Source: the human T2T-CHM13v2.0 reference genome, Homo sapiens
Length of the DNA stretch: 64,000 nucleotides
Reading direction: 5' to 3' (one strand)
Assembly: GCF_009914755.1 (NCBI RefSeq)
Contig: NC_060928.1
The translations under genes and the position numbers were made by a program. This document shows positions 43,231 through 57,496 of this stretch, in pieces. The notes under the pieces were generated by a model. The model saw only the letters and a list, made by a program, of their open reading frames with translations. It ran no database searches and had not been told where the DNA came from. The first letter of the stretch is position 1. Each line of letters starts with the position of its first letter.

Positions 43231-45545
43231 TCTGTCTAAAATACATTTCTGATCAACATTTTCCAAACTATCAAGCAGTTCAACCTGGAGTAGAAAATAT
43301 GTCTCTAGTTCTCTCTCCTGTCAACCATTCAGAATATCTGCATCTAATCACTGCTTCATTCTCAAAGAAACACTATTTGCCCAGATACCAAAGTAAGTCT
43401 ATCTAGAGTTTGAAGGGCTCAGCTTTATTTTAATTACATTAGAAAGATTATGCTGTGTTACCCAAGGGCTTACATCTACACGCAAGACCTACATTCTAGA
43501 TCTGAAACAATAAAGCAACATAATTGCCATGTACTATATCACATTTAATATACTGTAGATACATCACCTCAAAAATACATCCTAGCTCTGCTTACAAGCC
43601 TGTTATGTAAAGTGTCAGTGACCAAAAGCAACAGATGAAACCCAGTATTAAAAGATGCTTCATCAGATACTTGTGTAAGTATACACAGAGATATACATTT
43701 ATAATCTATACATATGCATGTTTATGTATATATGTTATAGATGACATATAACACACATTTTACATACTAGCACTTCTGAAGTTATCAGAAATTTTCAAAA
43801 CAAGTAAGAATATTTTAAAAACAAGAATATTTCAGAAGTTCGGTGTACCCAAACAATTAAATACAAATCACTTAAAAATACTGCTTGCTCAGGTTTCTTA
43901 ATGTCATAAATTTTGAATACGACAAATTTAAGCTTTCTCTGCCCTTTTTTCCATTTCAATTATATCCATTGTTAAATATAGTAAATTCAATTTCTATTCC
44001 ATTGTTTAAAATTCTTGAATGTTTATGGCTCATGGTGAGGAGTGGTTTGGCTTATTCTTTTATGTAGTGTAAAGTAGGAATAATCACTTTCACCCTTTGA
44101 TTTACTATATTTTTATAATCACTTGTAAAACGTGATACAATGGGATGTAAAACTATAATTTTAAGAGTAGACAGATGAGTAATAGGAGTTGACTTCCTGG
44201 TTTTTCACTACATTGTAATTAAGAATTCCTGGAAGGTAGCTTAGGGGGACAGTTTTAAAAAAGATTTATGATGTACTTTTAAAAATCTTGAGCACGGACA
44301 AAGGTTTATCTTTGAAGTTTTGGGATATAATTACAGCATAAATAGACTTCTGGTTCATATTGCTCTTACAAGAGCATTTCCTCTTTGCAGACTTAGGTTT
44401 CTGGCTACTCTAGTCATTGTTCTGAGGGAGTCACAACAAAAATTAATAAAAGTTAATCATACGTTTCCCTTAATTTCTAGAATAATATCTGATATTCTTT
44501 AATTTTACACTCACTTCCAAAGAAAGCCTCACTGGTAATAGAAGGCTGGCTTATGCTGGGATCTCAGCTCTGCCCCTTCCATTTCACCTTGCATGGATAC
44601 ACTGATGAACTAACATGGATGCAGCCAAAACATGTTTTATAACAGAAATTAAGTCTTGCAGGAAGAAAATGTACTTTTGTCTAATAAACAAATAACAATC
44701 TACTGTTTATGAAATCTGTTTATTTTACTCAGAACATGTAAATACTTGGAGCCCAGTATCTTAGATTAGGAGAATATACCACCACCATGACTTAAAAATA
44801 AAAATGGACCAAAAAGAGATTACTGATAGACTTTTAAAGAGATGTTTAAAATGCATGCCTTGTTAAGTGACACCTGTCTTTCACATCTTTGTAATGTAAA
44901 AAATAAAACCACTGTTTTTATACATGTTGATTTTTAGCCAGATTTTCTTACATTAGCACCTAATTCTAATCATAAAACACACATTTGCTAACAAATGAGT
45001 GAGATTACATAATATAAAATGCATGCCAAAAATGCAAACAAAAGAAAATCCAAGGATACAAAGAGTTTACTTTAGCAATCTACACCTGGAGAAAGGGAAC
45101 ATAAAGGTTTAAGGGTTTCATCTCTTAAGATGAATGAGATAAAGATTGTTTCACCTGAATTTGCATCTTTCAATTCACCTCAATGTCTAGAGACATTGAG
45201 GGCCCCCCACTCACTAGTCCTCATGGTTGAAAAGAATCTTCGAGGGAGTTGGGACCTTCAGACTTGTGTGTCAAATCTCAGTCGGTGGGTGGAGCTCTTG
45301 CCAGGCCTCTGGGTGTGGGCATCTCAAGATGGATGTGGTGGTTACCTATAAGCAGGCATGTGCTAGGCATTCCTGGCTGTGACTGGGGGTCCTTCACCTG
45401 GGATGAAGTGGCCCTAACCTCTTGGATTGAGCCTCCATGCTGGCTAGGGCTTGTGTCCTGAAGCAGATGCCCCCACACTCCAGGTCACCAAACATGTCCA
45501 GTCCTTCCTACTGTCTCCTCCAGTGTTATATAAAAGCAGCAGCTT

Positions 45546-45862
<317 letters not shown>

Positions 45863-46449
45863 TTAACAAAACAAAGCTTAGCTTTAAGGCAATAATAAAA
45901 TATTAATAGATCAATAATAAAATATTAAGAGATTTATGATGCATTATCACATTATTCTAATTACCTAGAGTAGTTGGTGTCAATATATAATACTTTGTGA
46001 AAGGCAATTTACTAGATAATTTACCTCCTTTATTTATGCTCATTTGTGTAAATAAATAAATAAATATTTATTTCAATCTAGAAATGCCAAATTAGAATTA
46101 GAATATTTATATAAATGATAATAGCTGCCAATTAGTAAAACAGAAGTATGGCATTTTTTCTTATTCTAAGTAATACAAAGAACAAACTTGGCACTAGGAA
46201 ATTGTCATCACAACATTGGACAAAATAACCTATGTGGCAAAATGTTAGTAGAACTGTGATGATATCTTACCTCTGCTTCTGCAAACACCCAATCCTTTCA
46301 ATGACCTCTTTCCCATCCAGTAATTCTGTGTTGACTTCTGGCTACCTAAACCTACCATACATTTAATTATTCCCATCCAAGCCAGTTATCTCTTAATATG
46401 ACTTGTGCTTGAAATTATAGTTCAATAGACTTATGTAACAATCAGACAA

Positions 46450-46938
46450 GTGCAAGAGTATTATTCATAATACCCAAAAAGTTGGAAATAATCCAATGTC
46501 CAACTAATGAATGGTTGAACACAATGTGGCATATGTATACAAGAAACTATTATTCAGCCATAAAAAGGAAGAAAACACAGACATATGCCACAAATGATGA
46601 ACTTGGAAAACATTATGGTAAGGGAAAGGAGAAGTCACAAAAGACCACACATATACAATTTCATGTTTGTAAAACGTACAGAATAGGTAATTTCTACAAA
46701 GTAAATCAGTATTTGCTTAGAGAATAAGGCATATGGGGGAATAAATACCAGCATTTGAGAGAATAAGGAGGTGACAGCTAACGAGTATTACTTTTTGAGA
46801 TAATGAAAATATTCTGAGTTTGAGAAGAGAAAAATATTCTAAAGTTGCACAACTGTGAGTATTCTAAAAACAATGTAATTGGATACTTTAAATGGGTAAT
46901 TTTATGGTATGTGAATTATATCTCAATAAAGCTATTAT
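46450..46938 (+). mobile_element. L1MB-like 3' end
   Basis: tattattcagccataaaaaggaa...ttatggtatgtgaattatatctcaataaagct. Confidence 0.85.
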
Positions 46939-47384
46939 TCAGACAAGAAATTCCTAAAATAAAGTGAAATTTGCTTTTTATAAAAAGCCATTCCACAAGT
47001 TCATCTACCTAAACTTCTCTAAAGTTGGGACAAACAGAATTCTCTCTTAGCATTGCAAATATTATGGCCAGAAAATAAACTTCAGAGGAGAAAGTAACCA
47101 AACAAGTGAGCCAGAAATACAAACACATTTGGGAGAGTGTAATTTACATCTGTATAATTATAAGTACATGTCACTCAGTGAACTACTACTATATTTTCCT
47201 GGAAAACTGTTTATGAAACAAAGGTAAATAGGAAAGATATAAAACATTAGATATAATATGATCTCATGTATACACACATGTATTTCCACAAATATCCACA
47301 TACAAATACATTCCAATGTTAACAGTGGGTTTTCTCTGAACAATAGAATTATCACTGATTTTCTTTTACTGTGTCCTTGACTAC

Positions 47385-47852
47385 TGTAGTGGGCTGAACA
47401 GTATTCCCTCAAAGATATACGTCCAAGTCCTAACCCCTTGAACCTGTGAAAATGAACTTATTTGGAAATAATGTCTTTTCAGATTCTTAAGTTAAATCTT
47501 GAGATAAGAGCATCTTGGATTTACATTGTACCCTAAATCCAGTATCTGGTGCCCTTGTAAGAGAAAGGAGAGGGAAATTTGACAACAGAGCCACAGGGGG
47601 AAAATCATGAGAAAATAAAGGTAAAAACTAGAATGATCAATCTACAAGCCAAGCAATGTCAAATACTATCACAACCTCCAAAAGCTTAGAGACAGTCATG
47701 AACAAATTTTTCCTCAAACTGTGCAGACAGAACCCACCCTGCAGACACCTGGATTTCAGATTTCTGGCATTCTGAACTGTGAATTGTTTTTTGTTGGTTT
47801 TAGCCTCCCTGCTTGGGGCAGTTTGTTACCACAGCCCTAGAAAACAATTATA
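47385..47852 (+). mobile_element. MLT1C/D-type solo LTR
   Basis: tgtagtgggctgaa...gtccaagtcctaacccc...tttgttaccacagccctagaaaac. Confidence 0.88.
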
Positions 47853-47859
47853 TTTTGTG

Positions 47860-48800
47860 GTTTTTAACTTTTTAAAATTCTGTAATGATTGTAGACTCAC
47901 AAAGTTGCAAAAATAGTGCACAATGTCCCTTAAACCCTTCACTCTCTTCTGCTAATGTTGACATGTTTCATGACTGTAGTACAATGTCATTACATTACTG
48001 TAGTAAATACCATGCTGCATTTATCAATAACTGCTCTTTTTAATCGCTGAGCAGTATTCCACTGCACAAAGGTACCAGTTTATTTAACAGTCCACTTCTT
48101 GAAAGCCATTTAGGCTGTTTTCTAGCTTGTAGCTTTTACAAATAAAGCTGCTATGAAAATTCATACGTAGATTTTGTGAGAACATAGCTTTCACTTATCT
48201 GAAATAAATGTCCAAGAGTGTAATTTCTGAATCATATGATAAATGCATATTGACTTTTATTAAAAAAAAATTGCCAACTTACTTCTTGAGACGGCTGTAG
48301 CATTTACATCCACCAGTGACATATGGGAGATCCATTTTCTCCACATCCTCACCAGTATTTGGCATCACCAGCATTTTTCTTTGTTCTAGCCATTCTAATA
48401 GGTGTGTGGTGCTATCTCATTGTGGTTTTTAATTTGCATTTACCTAACGGCAGATGCTCACCATATTTTCATAGGCTCATTCGACATCTGTAGATCCCTT
48501 TTCTGTGTAATGTCTGTTCATGTCTTTTATCCATTTTCGAATTAGGATGTTCATGTTTTTACAGTTGAGTTTTGAGAGTCCTTTATATATCATATACACA
48601 AATCCTTTGTCAGATATGTAGTTTGTAAATATTTTTTTCTAAATCCATAGCTCGTCCTTTCATCCTCTTAACGCGGTGTTTTACAGAGCAAAAGTTTTAT
48701 TTTCATGAAGCCAAATTTACCAGTCATTCCTTTTGTGGGGTGTGCTTTTGGGATCATATCTAAGTACTGTTTGCCTAACCCTAGATATTTTCTAAATTTT
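47860..48800 (-). mobile_element. L1MC/MD-like fragment
   Basis: agttgcaaaaatagt; ttacaaataaagctgctatgaa; tagccattctaataggtgtg; cctttgtcagatatg. Confidence 0.85.
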
Positions 48801-49149
48801 TATGAGAAGGTTTCATGAGGAAAATTGAACTTGCATGTTAATGAGTGACATTCAATGAAGAATTGCATTTTTAAAGAACCCTAAATGTATTACATCTCAC
48901 TTAAATACTATGCTTTATTTGAAAATCTCTTACATCCATTTAAACATACATATGTATCACACACATAAAAGTCTCATATAGAGGATATCATATGCTTAGT
49001 TTTTTTCTTTTATTGTGAAACGGAAACAAATTCCCCCTATTCCTTGACTACACTGAACTATTTCCCTTCTCTTTCGAGAAGAAATAGAGTCATAAAATTA
49101 ATACTGTATTTTGAGGTATTATGATGAGTGTTGTAAATAATGATACTAG

Positions 49150-49395
49150 TATTAACAGTAATAATAGTTAAAGGTTGTGCAGGGCTTATTATATATACTA
49201 GACTTTATGCTATATATATTATTTGCTTTCATTTATTAAATCTTAAGTGGAGAAAAAACCTCTAAGTGTTATATTATTATTCTCATTTCATACATGAAAA
49301 TTCTGAGGAATAGAGAAGTTAAATAACTTGGTCAACTGACAGAGCTAGTAAGTGGTAGAGATAAGACATAAACCCATTTGTTTGATTCCAGAATT
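49150..49395 (-). mobile_element. MIR
   Basis: agagaagttaaataacttg...acagagctagtaagtggtagag. Confidence 0.75.
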
Positions 49396-50900
49396 AATTC
49401 CTGAAGCACAACAAAGCTAATTAATCTGAAAAGACATCTAAATAGTGGAGTGATAAGGCAGATGAAATATTAAAAATAAGTCTACGTAATTAATGCACAT
49501 GCGTTGGTAAGCAAAAGTTATATGTCCTATGTGGAGACATGTTTATGATTTACATATGATAGTATGATGACTGGAGAGCTGGCCAATTATTGTTAAACAA
49601 TGAATGTCTAAATTTTTTGGCAGAAGTTAAGTGGCTTTGGTCAAGGTTTCAATATTTAAAAAAGAGAAACTAGAGTATGAATCTGAGAGACTAAGGAAAG
49701 TTTTCTTAGGACTTAGACAAAGAATAACAGAAACCGAGAGCAAATTTAGTTTAGAACTTACACGATGATTTTTTTCTGGAGGTCAGGAAAAAATATTCTA
49801 GTACAAAAACAGGGTATTCACTTCTTAGAGCACTGTATAGGAAATCAAGATTGAACAAGGGAAACCTTAAAAAATATATTCAAAATTGAGAGCAGCTAGA
49901 CACCTCATATATTTCATTTGGCTGAGAGGACCAACTAGAAATAAGCTGGTAAACTCATGGACAGAAATCTTGTCTTTTTCAACAAACACTGCATCTACTA
50001 TATCTAAGAACTCAGTTCCTGGTATATTACATGCTCAAATGCACAAATGCTTATTAATTCTTAACCTTTCATTATGTGGAAGTGGTCAGGGTTCTCGAGG
50101 CACATGTCCTTAGAAAACTTCCCTGACTGCTTGCTTCCCTGTCTCCCACTTCCTCCTTCCTTCCTTTCCTATCTTCCTTCCTTTCTTTCTAGTAGACAAC
50201 AAAATAACATGGAGAAATGTATGTGGAGGGCAAAGCCACAAAAGTATTCCTAAGTTCTGAAACTGACAGTATTCTAGAAGTCCACTATGAATTAAGCGGG
50301 TTTCCTATGTCTACTTGAGATTTAAATACAATTTAAATAAAATGAATCATCATAATCTTAAGGGAGAAAATGGGAACACAAGAAATATGTAAGTATACTT
50401 TAAATATTATATAAATATGTACATTTTTCTCTACATGGCAAGTAGTCAGATTCTGGATGTCCTTCACGGTGGGATGCAACACAGACTACCCAGAATATCT
50501 TTAATTATAGACTATAAAATAAAAGGAATGCTGCTAAAATAGCTGGAGGGATTAAAAAAATCTTTTAAGAGGTATCTTTCCCTTCATTTTTATGATTATA
50601 GTCTTTTAAGACATAACCCACACCCATTCTTATATTTTGGACATAAGCTTCCAGTTGAGAGGCTGTCTCTCATGATCCACTAACAGGAAAACCCAGATGT
50701 AATGTTTAGATTCAAAATGTTTGGCTCTTAAAAGTTGGTCTCTTGTTACCCCCTTCTTCTTCAAGGAGTGAATGACATCCTGAAAGATATACATACCCTT
50801 CGCATCAACTATCACTAATACATAAAAAAACTCTCCAGTACCAGTCCTTACCTCCATCCTTCAGTATAGCAAGCTATTTCTAACAAAATTTTCTATATCT

Positions 50901-51353
50901 TGTGAAATGTGATATATAAAATGGTGTCATGGTGGTACAGAGCCCTACAACGGAGTTGGGAAGCCCTTCTAACAAGGACTGCCTACATGACCTACAGGCT
51001 TGCAAGAAATATTTTAAAAAGAAAAAAAAAATAGGACCTGAACCTTTGTACCAGGCCAAACTGCAATGACTACAATATCCTGAAAAACAGCTGAATTTTG
51101 CAAGTGATGCAACTGGAACAGTGACAACCAATGAACTACGGAATCATGTACTAAGCCAGTTGCTTCTACCAGAAATAAGTCTTTCAAAACAACTTGTGCA
51201 TTCACCTTTAGCTTCCTTTTAAAAGCCCCTATTTCCCTCCCTCTCTTGAGGCTTCGCGCCAAATCTGTCTCCTGAATTAGAATTCCTAAGACCCCAATAA
51301 ACACCTTATCTTACTACTTTTCAGTCTGGTCTTTTGCTTCTTCTTAGGTGACA
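50901..51353 (+). mobile_element. 5' LTR of an ERV1-class provirus (MER89/MER90/MER110-like, tentative)
   Basis: TG...CA ends; AATAAA at 51296-51301; followed within 5 nt by a primer-binding site. Confidence 0.8.
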
Positions 51354-51358
51354 TTAAG

Positions 51359-51376
51359 TGGTGTCAGAAGTGGGAT
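51359..51376 (+). other. Retroviral primer-binding site TGGTGTCAGAAGTGGGAT (tRNA-Leu)
   Basis: Complementary to the recalled tRNA-Leu(CAA) 3' end ...ATCCCACTTCTGACACCA. Confidence 0.85.
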
Positions 51377-54300
51377 ATGAAGTGCCTCTCCTCTGCATTA
51401 CACAGCTACAGCAGATTTAGGAATGGTACCTGCAAGGACCCCTCATGTTCCACCTCTCTAATGGCCCCAGGCCCCGTTGGTGAGTCCTCTCTCCCAAACC
51501 TCTCACCTTGGTTGAGGTTCAGGCTTTTATCAGGTGCCCTTTGCTGCTGTCTGCTGACAAAGGGATTTTTCCCTTTTCAGTGAAAACTCATGGGGACTTC
51601 TAAGGGTATTAGGTACTGAGTCATCCCCTTCTAGAATCCCTGCTGGTTTTATGCACAAAAATTATGGTAGGTTATCCTGTAAATTTCTTTCTTGATGGAA
51701 AAACATCACTAGAATTGATCTGGAATTACAATGATCAATTAATTGGGGATTTTTGATCTTCCAAACATGTTTTCCTCTGCACACAATCAGAAGGACTAAA
51801 AAGAAAGATTAAATAGCCTAAGTGAATACTCCAGGAATCTAAGGGATAACAATGCCAAATTAGCTCAAAAACTCTCTCAGTTGTGGGCGGGGAGATCTCA
51901 GAAGCTTCTAAAAACAAAACCAGAACCAAGTGTGCTTCTATCTGCTTGTCCTTGTTCTGTGTTGCCTCCTTCTCCTATCCCTACCCCTTCCATCCCACTG
52001 CCATACTGGGCACCCTCTTGCTTACTGCCTATATAGCCTTCTGGATCTGAACTTCCATTGTTTGATGAACCCCTTAGTGAATCTCCTCCAGTCATCCAAC
52101 CCTTATTAAATGTAAACTGAAAAAGGTTCTGAATATTCTGTTACTTATACTCCCTGGACTATAACAAGAACTCACGGCTATTGCCAAAGTTATCACTGAT
52201 CCCTTAACTGATCCTGTCAGATTCACCAAATAATTCAACCTCCTTACTAAAGCCTATCCACTAGGTTACTCTAATCTTTACCAGTTGATCCATGTGTTGG
52301 TAGCCGAAAGCCATGTTCAAACGTGGTTAAGTAAAGCAAGCTGGCATCATCCTTTACATGACCCAGGGGAAGAAATGAAAACAAAACCTGGTGATTTCTA
52401 AAAGTCTCAAAATCAGCCAGAGAATTATATGCTCAGATTGCTGAAGTATTTCCAAAACTACAGACTGGAAAGAGATTCAACAAAGCACTAAGAACCTGAT
52501 AGTATTTAGGAACCAGTCTATAAATACTATGACAGACTGGGGAAAGTCTCTTTACAATACCCAGGATTGGATAAAATTGACTAACAAACTTCCCTTCTGT
52601 TTATTTCTAGCTTTGTTAATGGTTTAGAGTAGTAAATTAGCATCTTAATAAAAAACAAGCAATTAAATTGGGTGACTATGGAAACCTCCAACCTACTGAA
52701 TATGGTGGGACAACTCTCCAAAACCACACACACACAAAAAAATGGCCAAAAAAATGCTGCTAAAGTCCTAGATTTTCAGATCCAAACTGCAAAAGTTATC
52801 AACTACCAAATGCAGCAACTAGCATTAAATGAATCCCCAAAACTTTATAAATCTAAACCTTCTTCCAACCATGCTTTCTATTCCTTTTCCTTAGAGTAAC
52901 AACAAAATACAAAGCGTTAGGGTTTCAAATCAGCCAATGACAGTTTACAATCTCTCCTCATAGCCTTTTAACTCAGGGAACTCTAAGGTGCTCATCAGTT
53001 TCTATTAGCTTCTTAGGCTCCCATCCACCTAATTGGCTGAAATTTTCTGGAAGCCCACAAAGCTCATGTGTCTTTCTCTCAAAAGGGGGAAATGCAACTA
53101 GCATTGGAAAAAACTACTAAAGAGGGAATCCTCAAGGAACCCACTGAACTCTGTCCCTTTATTTTCAGTTCTTGAAAACAAGGTGCGGGGGGGCAGGGTG
53201 CGGTGATCCCAGCACTTTGGGAGGCCAAAACAGGCTGATCACCTGAGATCAGTAGCTTGAGACCAGCCTGGCCAACATTGTGAAAACTCATTTCTACTAA
53301 AAATACAAAAATTAGCTGGGAGTGGTGGTGCGTGTTTGTAATCTCAGCTACTCAGGAAGTTGAGGCAGAAGAATCCCGGCAGAGGTTGCAGTGAGTGGAG
53401 ATCATGCCACTGCACTCCAGCCTGGGCAACAGAGTGAGACTCTGCTTTAATTAAAAAAAGAAAAGAAAATCACAAAGTTTCATAAGAAAAGCTACCAACT
53501 CTCTCACAAGTATTTAAGACAGTCTTTTGCTTGATCCCCAAAGAATAGAAGCAACGGCTTTTCCTGCCCCCATGACCAAAAGAAAATTCTGTGGGTTCCT
53601 GGGATTAGCAGGATATGTAGAAAATGAATTCCAAGTTTCTCTGTGATAGCTCTAACTCTATATTCCTTTCTAAAAAACTGATCACCCCAAACTTCTACAA
53701 TGGCCAAAAGAAGCCTACTCCTCTTTTGGGAATATTAAGAAGAACCTTCTTGAGCCCACTGCTCATATAATTAGGATATCCTAATTATAAACCTCCTTTC
53801 TCCTATTTCATTCATGAACAAAATTCTAAGATCTTAGGGGTTCTTACCCCAAGGCACAGAGACAATCAGAGGCCTTTACGATATTTACAGTCTAACAGTT
53901 AGACCCTGTTGCAAAAGGGCCTCTCACCCTGTATGCAAGCCATCACAGCCACTGCAAATTTCTTAAAGGCAACTGAAGAGTTAATTATGAGCTATCCATT
54001 AGTTGTTTATGTCCCTCATCCTATTAAGGTCTTACTCTACTCTCTTCATACTGAGCATCTCTCTGCTAGCAGACTCACTTCTAACAAGACCTTCTAAGGT
54101 ACTATTGCTTTCCACAACTCTATAAATCCAGACCTTATGTCTTCCTTCTGACAAGATGTCACATACCTTACTAGGCCCTAGATAGGATCTATAGAAAACC
54201 CCCACTCCAAATGCTGAGCTTGTCTGTTTCACTGATGGATCCTACCTTCAAAATAACTCAAGGAAATATCAAGCTCTCTATGCTGTTGTCTCGCTGTCTG

Positions 54301-55343
54301 AAACCAACGAAAGTGGTTCCCTACCCAAGGCCACTTCTGCCCAACAGGCAGAACTTGCTACTCTCTCTGAACACCTATACTGTCAATTAATAGGACTGCA
54401 CTTAGCTACACTTACAGCTGCTGAGCCTTTGGGGTGGCACATTATTTTGGTTCACTCTGGAAACAAAGTGGTTTTCTAACTGCTACTGGCCAAAAGATAA
54501 AAAACAGCTACTATGTCCTAAATTACTAAAAACTATCCAAAACTCTTAAGTCTTTTGCAATAATGAAAATCCCAGGACACTCAAAAACTGATACTAAAGA
54601 AGGTAAATTACTTGGCTGATGTAACTGCAAAAGCCACAGGTTCTGTGAACCAGCTGCCCTTAGCTCAATATCCCCTTAAGCCCTCTAATGATCAATTTGA
54701 TAAAATGAAAAATTGCATCCTCAATGTGCAACAGATAGCCTCCCAAATTAAAAGAAAAAAAGGAAAACTCCAGGAAGTTTTCATGACCATAAAACCAACC
54801 TATGGTATGGGCCCAATAAGAGACCACTCTTGACAGATGGCCTTCAAGATCGATTTTTAAATACTATTCATCACTCAACCCATTGGGGAACTGATTGAAT
54901 GATTCTTTGGGGAAAAATATTACTAGAAACCGTCCCAAAGGTCACACTTCACATTTTATCACACATGGCAAGTCTATCCCAAACACAGCCCTAGAAAAAC
55001 TATTCATAGTTCTATGGGAAATTTATCCTTTGCCTTTATGAACTTCTGAGATAAGGCAGATGGGCTTTATCCAGCTACCACCATCTCAAGGAAACAAATT
55101 TGTCTTGGTTATGATTTGTATGATTTCCCACTGTGTGGAAGCCTTTCCCTGTCACAAGCAACAGCCTTACCAGTAAGTAAAATCTTGTTAAAGAAAAATA
55201 ATCCCCACGTGGAACTTATCCTTGGAACTGAACAGTGACTGAGGCACTCATTTTATTGGACAGATTATAGAATCAATATGTTAGATTTGGCCTATTATAG
55301 ATTTCCACTGTGCCTACCATCCATTGTCCTCTGGGTTGGTGAA
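51377..55343 (+). pseudogene. Decayed ERV internal region: gag, pro, partial RT, RNase H and integrase remnants
   Basis: Motifs PAGFMHKNYG (MA), GFLGLAGY (RT thumb), FTDGSY..SAQQAEL (RNase H, ~54228), FIQLPPSQG..VEAFPC, SD*GTHF and FHCAYHPLSSGLV (integrase). Many stops and frameshifts; no env or 3' LTR seen. Confidence 0.9.
53182..53468 (+). mobile_element. AluS SINE inserted in ERV pol
   Basis: cccagcactttgggaggcc...gagtgagactctg plus A-rich tail. Confidence 0.95.
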
Positions 55344-55677
55344 ATATTTATTTTGCAAAATCTTTAACAAATTAACTTAATCCAATTTTAACCTACCTAA
55401 TGTACATGAGTTACACTCAACCGAATAATTCGCTAATATGCAAAGTTTTTAAGCTTTCAAACTTCCAGGATGCTAAAGGACCACTTCGTATAAACTATAA
55501 ATAATAATCTTTTATTTTCATTAGATGTTCAAGTAGGTTCATACTCTAAACCACTTATCTGTTTCAACATTCAGGAGACATTTTAATTTTTTCAGATCAA
55601 ATTAATTAATGAGGAAAAATGCTTTTTTGAATTTTAGATGCATACTTCAGTGCATTTTGTTTTGGATCTTGATCTCT

Positions 55678-55731
55678 TTAGGTTAGTACAAGAAGTAATT
55701 ACTTGGTGCAATTACTTTTGCACTAACCTAA
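55678..55731. mobile_element. MADE1 (Hsmar1-derived MITE), internally deleted
   Basis: TTAGGTTAGTACAAGAAGTAATT...GCAATTACTTTTGCACTAACCTAA inverted arms resemble the mariner TIR. Confidence 0.85.
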
Positions 55732-56116
55732 TACTTTACAAAGCTTACATTGCTTAAATCAAATACTTCTACCACATAATTTTCAAATCATAATTAAATA
55801 CATGTCATTATATTTTTGTCTCAGGAACACTCTTTAAATTTGGTTGTTCTTATATATCTCTTTAAAAATAACTATTCCTTTTCTCACAAATTTCAAAAAA
55901 GTTTTAAATTAAATTCTCACTCAGTATCATTTTCCCCCATACTCCCATAACAAACAAGTAACTACTCTAGGGAGATTTACTGTAAGAAGTCAATTATTTT
56001 AGCACTAAAGATATGCAACAAATAGGATGTGAAAAAGCTTACACAATCTCTTTAGAAGAAATAAAGGTGAAACGGGGAATTAGAAAGGTTATAGCCATAG
56101 ACGATGTCCCTTAAAT

Positions 56117-56452
56117 CAGGGGTCCAACCACTGGCTGCAGACTGGTACCAGTCCTTGGCCTGTTAGGAACTGGGCCACACAGCAGGAGGTGAGCAGCAGG
56201 CCAGTGAGCATTACTGCCTGAGCTCCGCCTCCCGTCAGATCAGTGGCAGCATTAGATTCTCACAGGAACACGGACCCTATTGTAAACTGCATGTGCGAGG
56301 GACATAGGTTGTGTGCTCCTTATGAGACTCTAATGCCTGATGATCTGAGGTGGAACAGTTTCATCCTAAAACCATTCTCCCCACCCCTGGTCTGAAGGAC
56401 AACTCTCTTCCGTGAAACTGATCCCTGGTGCCAAAAAGGTCAGGGACGGCTT
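56117..56452 (+). mobile_element. MER1B (hAT-Charlie) DNA transposon
   Basis: caggggtcc...gcctgttaggaactgggcc...tccctggtgccaaaaagg; perfect 8-bp TSD CCTTAAAT. Confidence 0.93.
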
Positions 56453-56662
56453 CCTTAAATGTTTATCAATATTTTACACTAATTTATTAGACTGTACATC
56501 CTTGAAAGGTAAAATAAGCTCTCAAAAATGGTATCACCCAATTTCCCAAAAAGAACTTGCTTTGAATGTACAGTTCATGACGGTTTTTGGTATTATATTT
56601 AATTATATTGTACTATAATAAAGCTAACGCCAAAAAGTCAGTGATTTTACAACACGACTTAC

Positions 56663-56762
56663 CAAGCATGAACATGCTTCCAACAATATTAAATGTCCTC
56701 TTTTCAGATCGATAAAAATGTTAACAATGTTTTGTTTACTTCTTTCCGAATACATATTCCAT
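56663..56762 (-). CDS. Candidate 100-nt internal exon
   Basis: Minus strand ttgtattgcttatatcag|ATGG...CTTG|gtaagt; single open frame WNMYSERSKQNIVNIFIDLKRGHLILLEACSCL ending in phase 0. Confidence 0.55.
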
Positions 56763-57496
56763 CTGATATAAGCAATACAAGTTGGTAACGTATTGCACTT
56801 GATAGTTATTTATAGAAGGATATCTGAATAAAGTGAAGCAAAGCATTATCTTTAAAGTAGGCTGGCCTTAAAAATCATGTTTTCTCACTAATCTTACTAT
56901 AAATTTAAAAAGAAAAACTGACAACGGAATACAGGAAAATGCATGCGCTTTACATACAGGTGATCCCCAACTTTCCTAAATGACCCTCAAATTCATAATC
57001 TTAATCTGAGTAGAGAATTTGGTGATACAGAAATGGGGCAGTACAAATAACTTATCTGAAAGTCTTCTGATACTCCCAACTGAAGAGGGAGAGTTACTCC
57101 AGAGAAAGAAAGCAGACAGCCCAAGTGGCAGTCTGGTTCAATTTTCTCACACGCATTTTTTCCTATTTATCTTCATCATCCTCTTTATCAGACCTGCTTA
57201 TCAGATTTTCTATACCCTTCAAGCAATTGCCTAACTGGTTTTTGTCCAGCACAGAGGATACAAGAAGCTGAGGACCAGAGAGATGGCTCACCTAGATGTC
57301 CTTAGCATCTCTGGGGATATGGACACCAAGAAGCTGCCTGCCCCTGAAGTAACTCACATCCACTATGACTTCCTGTAGTCATTTGGATAGTGACAAGACA
57401 GTAATAATTTGGACAGTTACCTGTATGAAACATAATTGGAATTTCAAAATATTTTAGCTCTCTAGGAACAGAGCTGTCCTTATTAACATACAAGCC

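Noticed and set aside
44515-44609. Possible 95-nt minus-strand exon (GAA|gtgagt donor)
   Set aside because: Weak acceptor and an in-frame stop when joined to the 56663 exon; a poison exon is not excluded.
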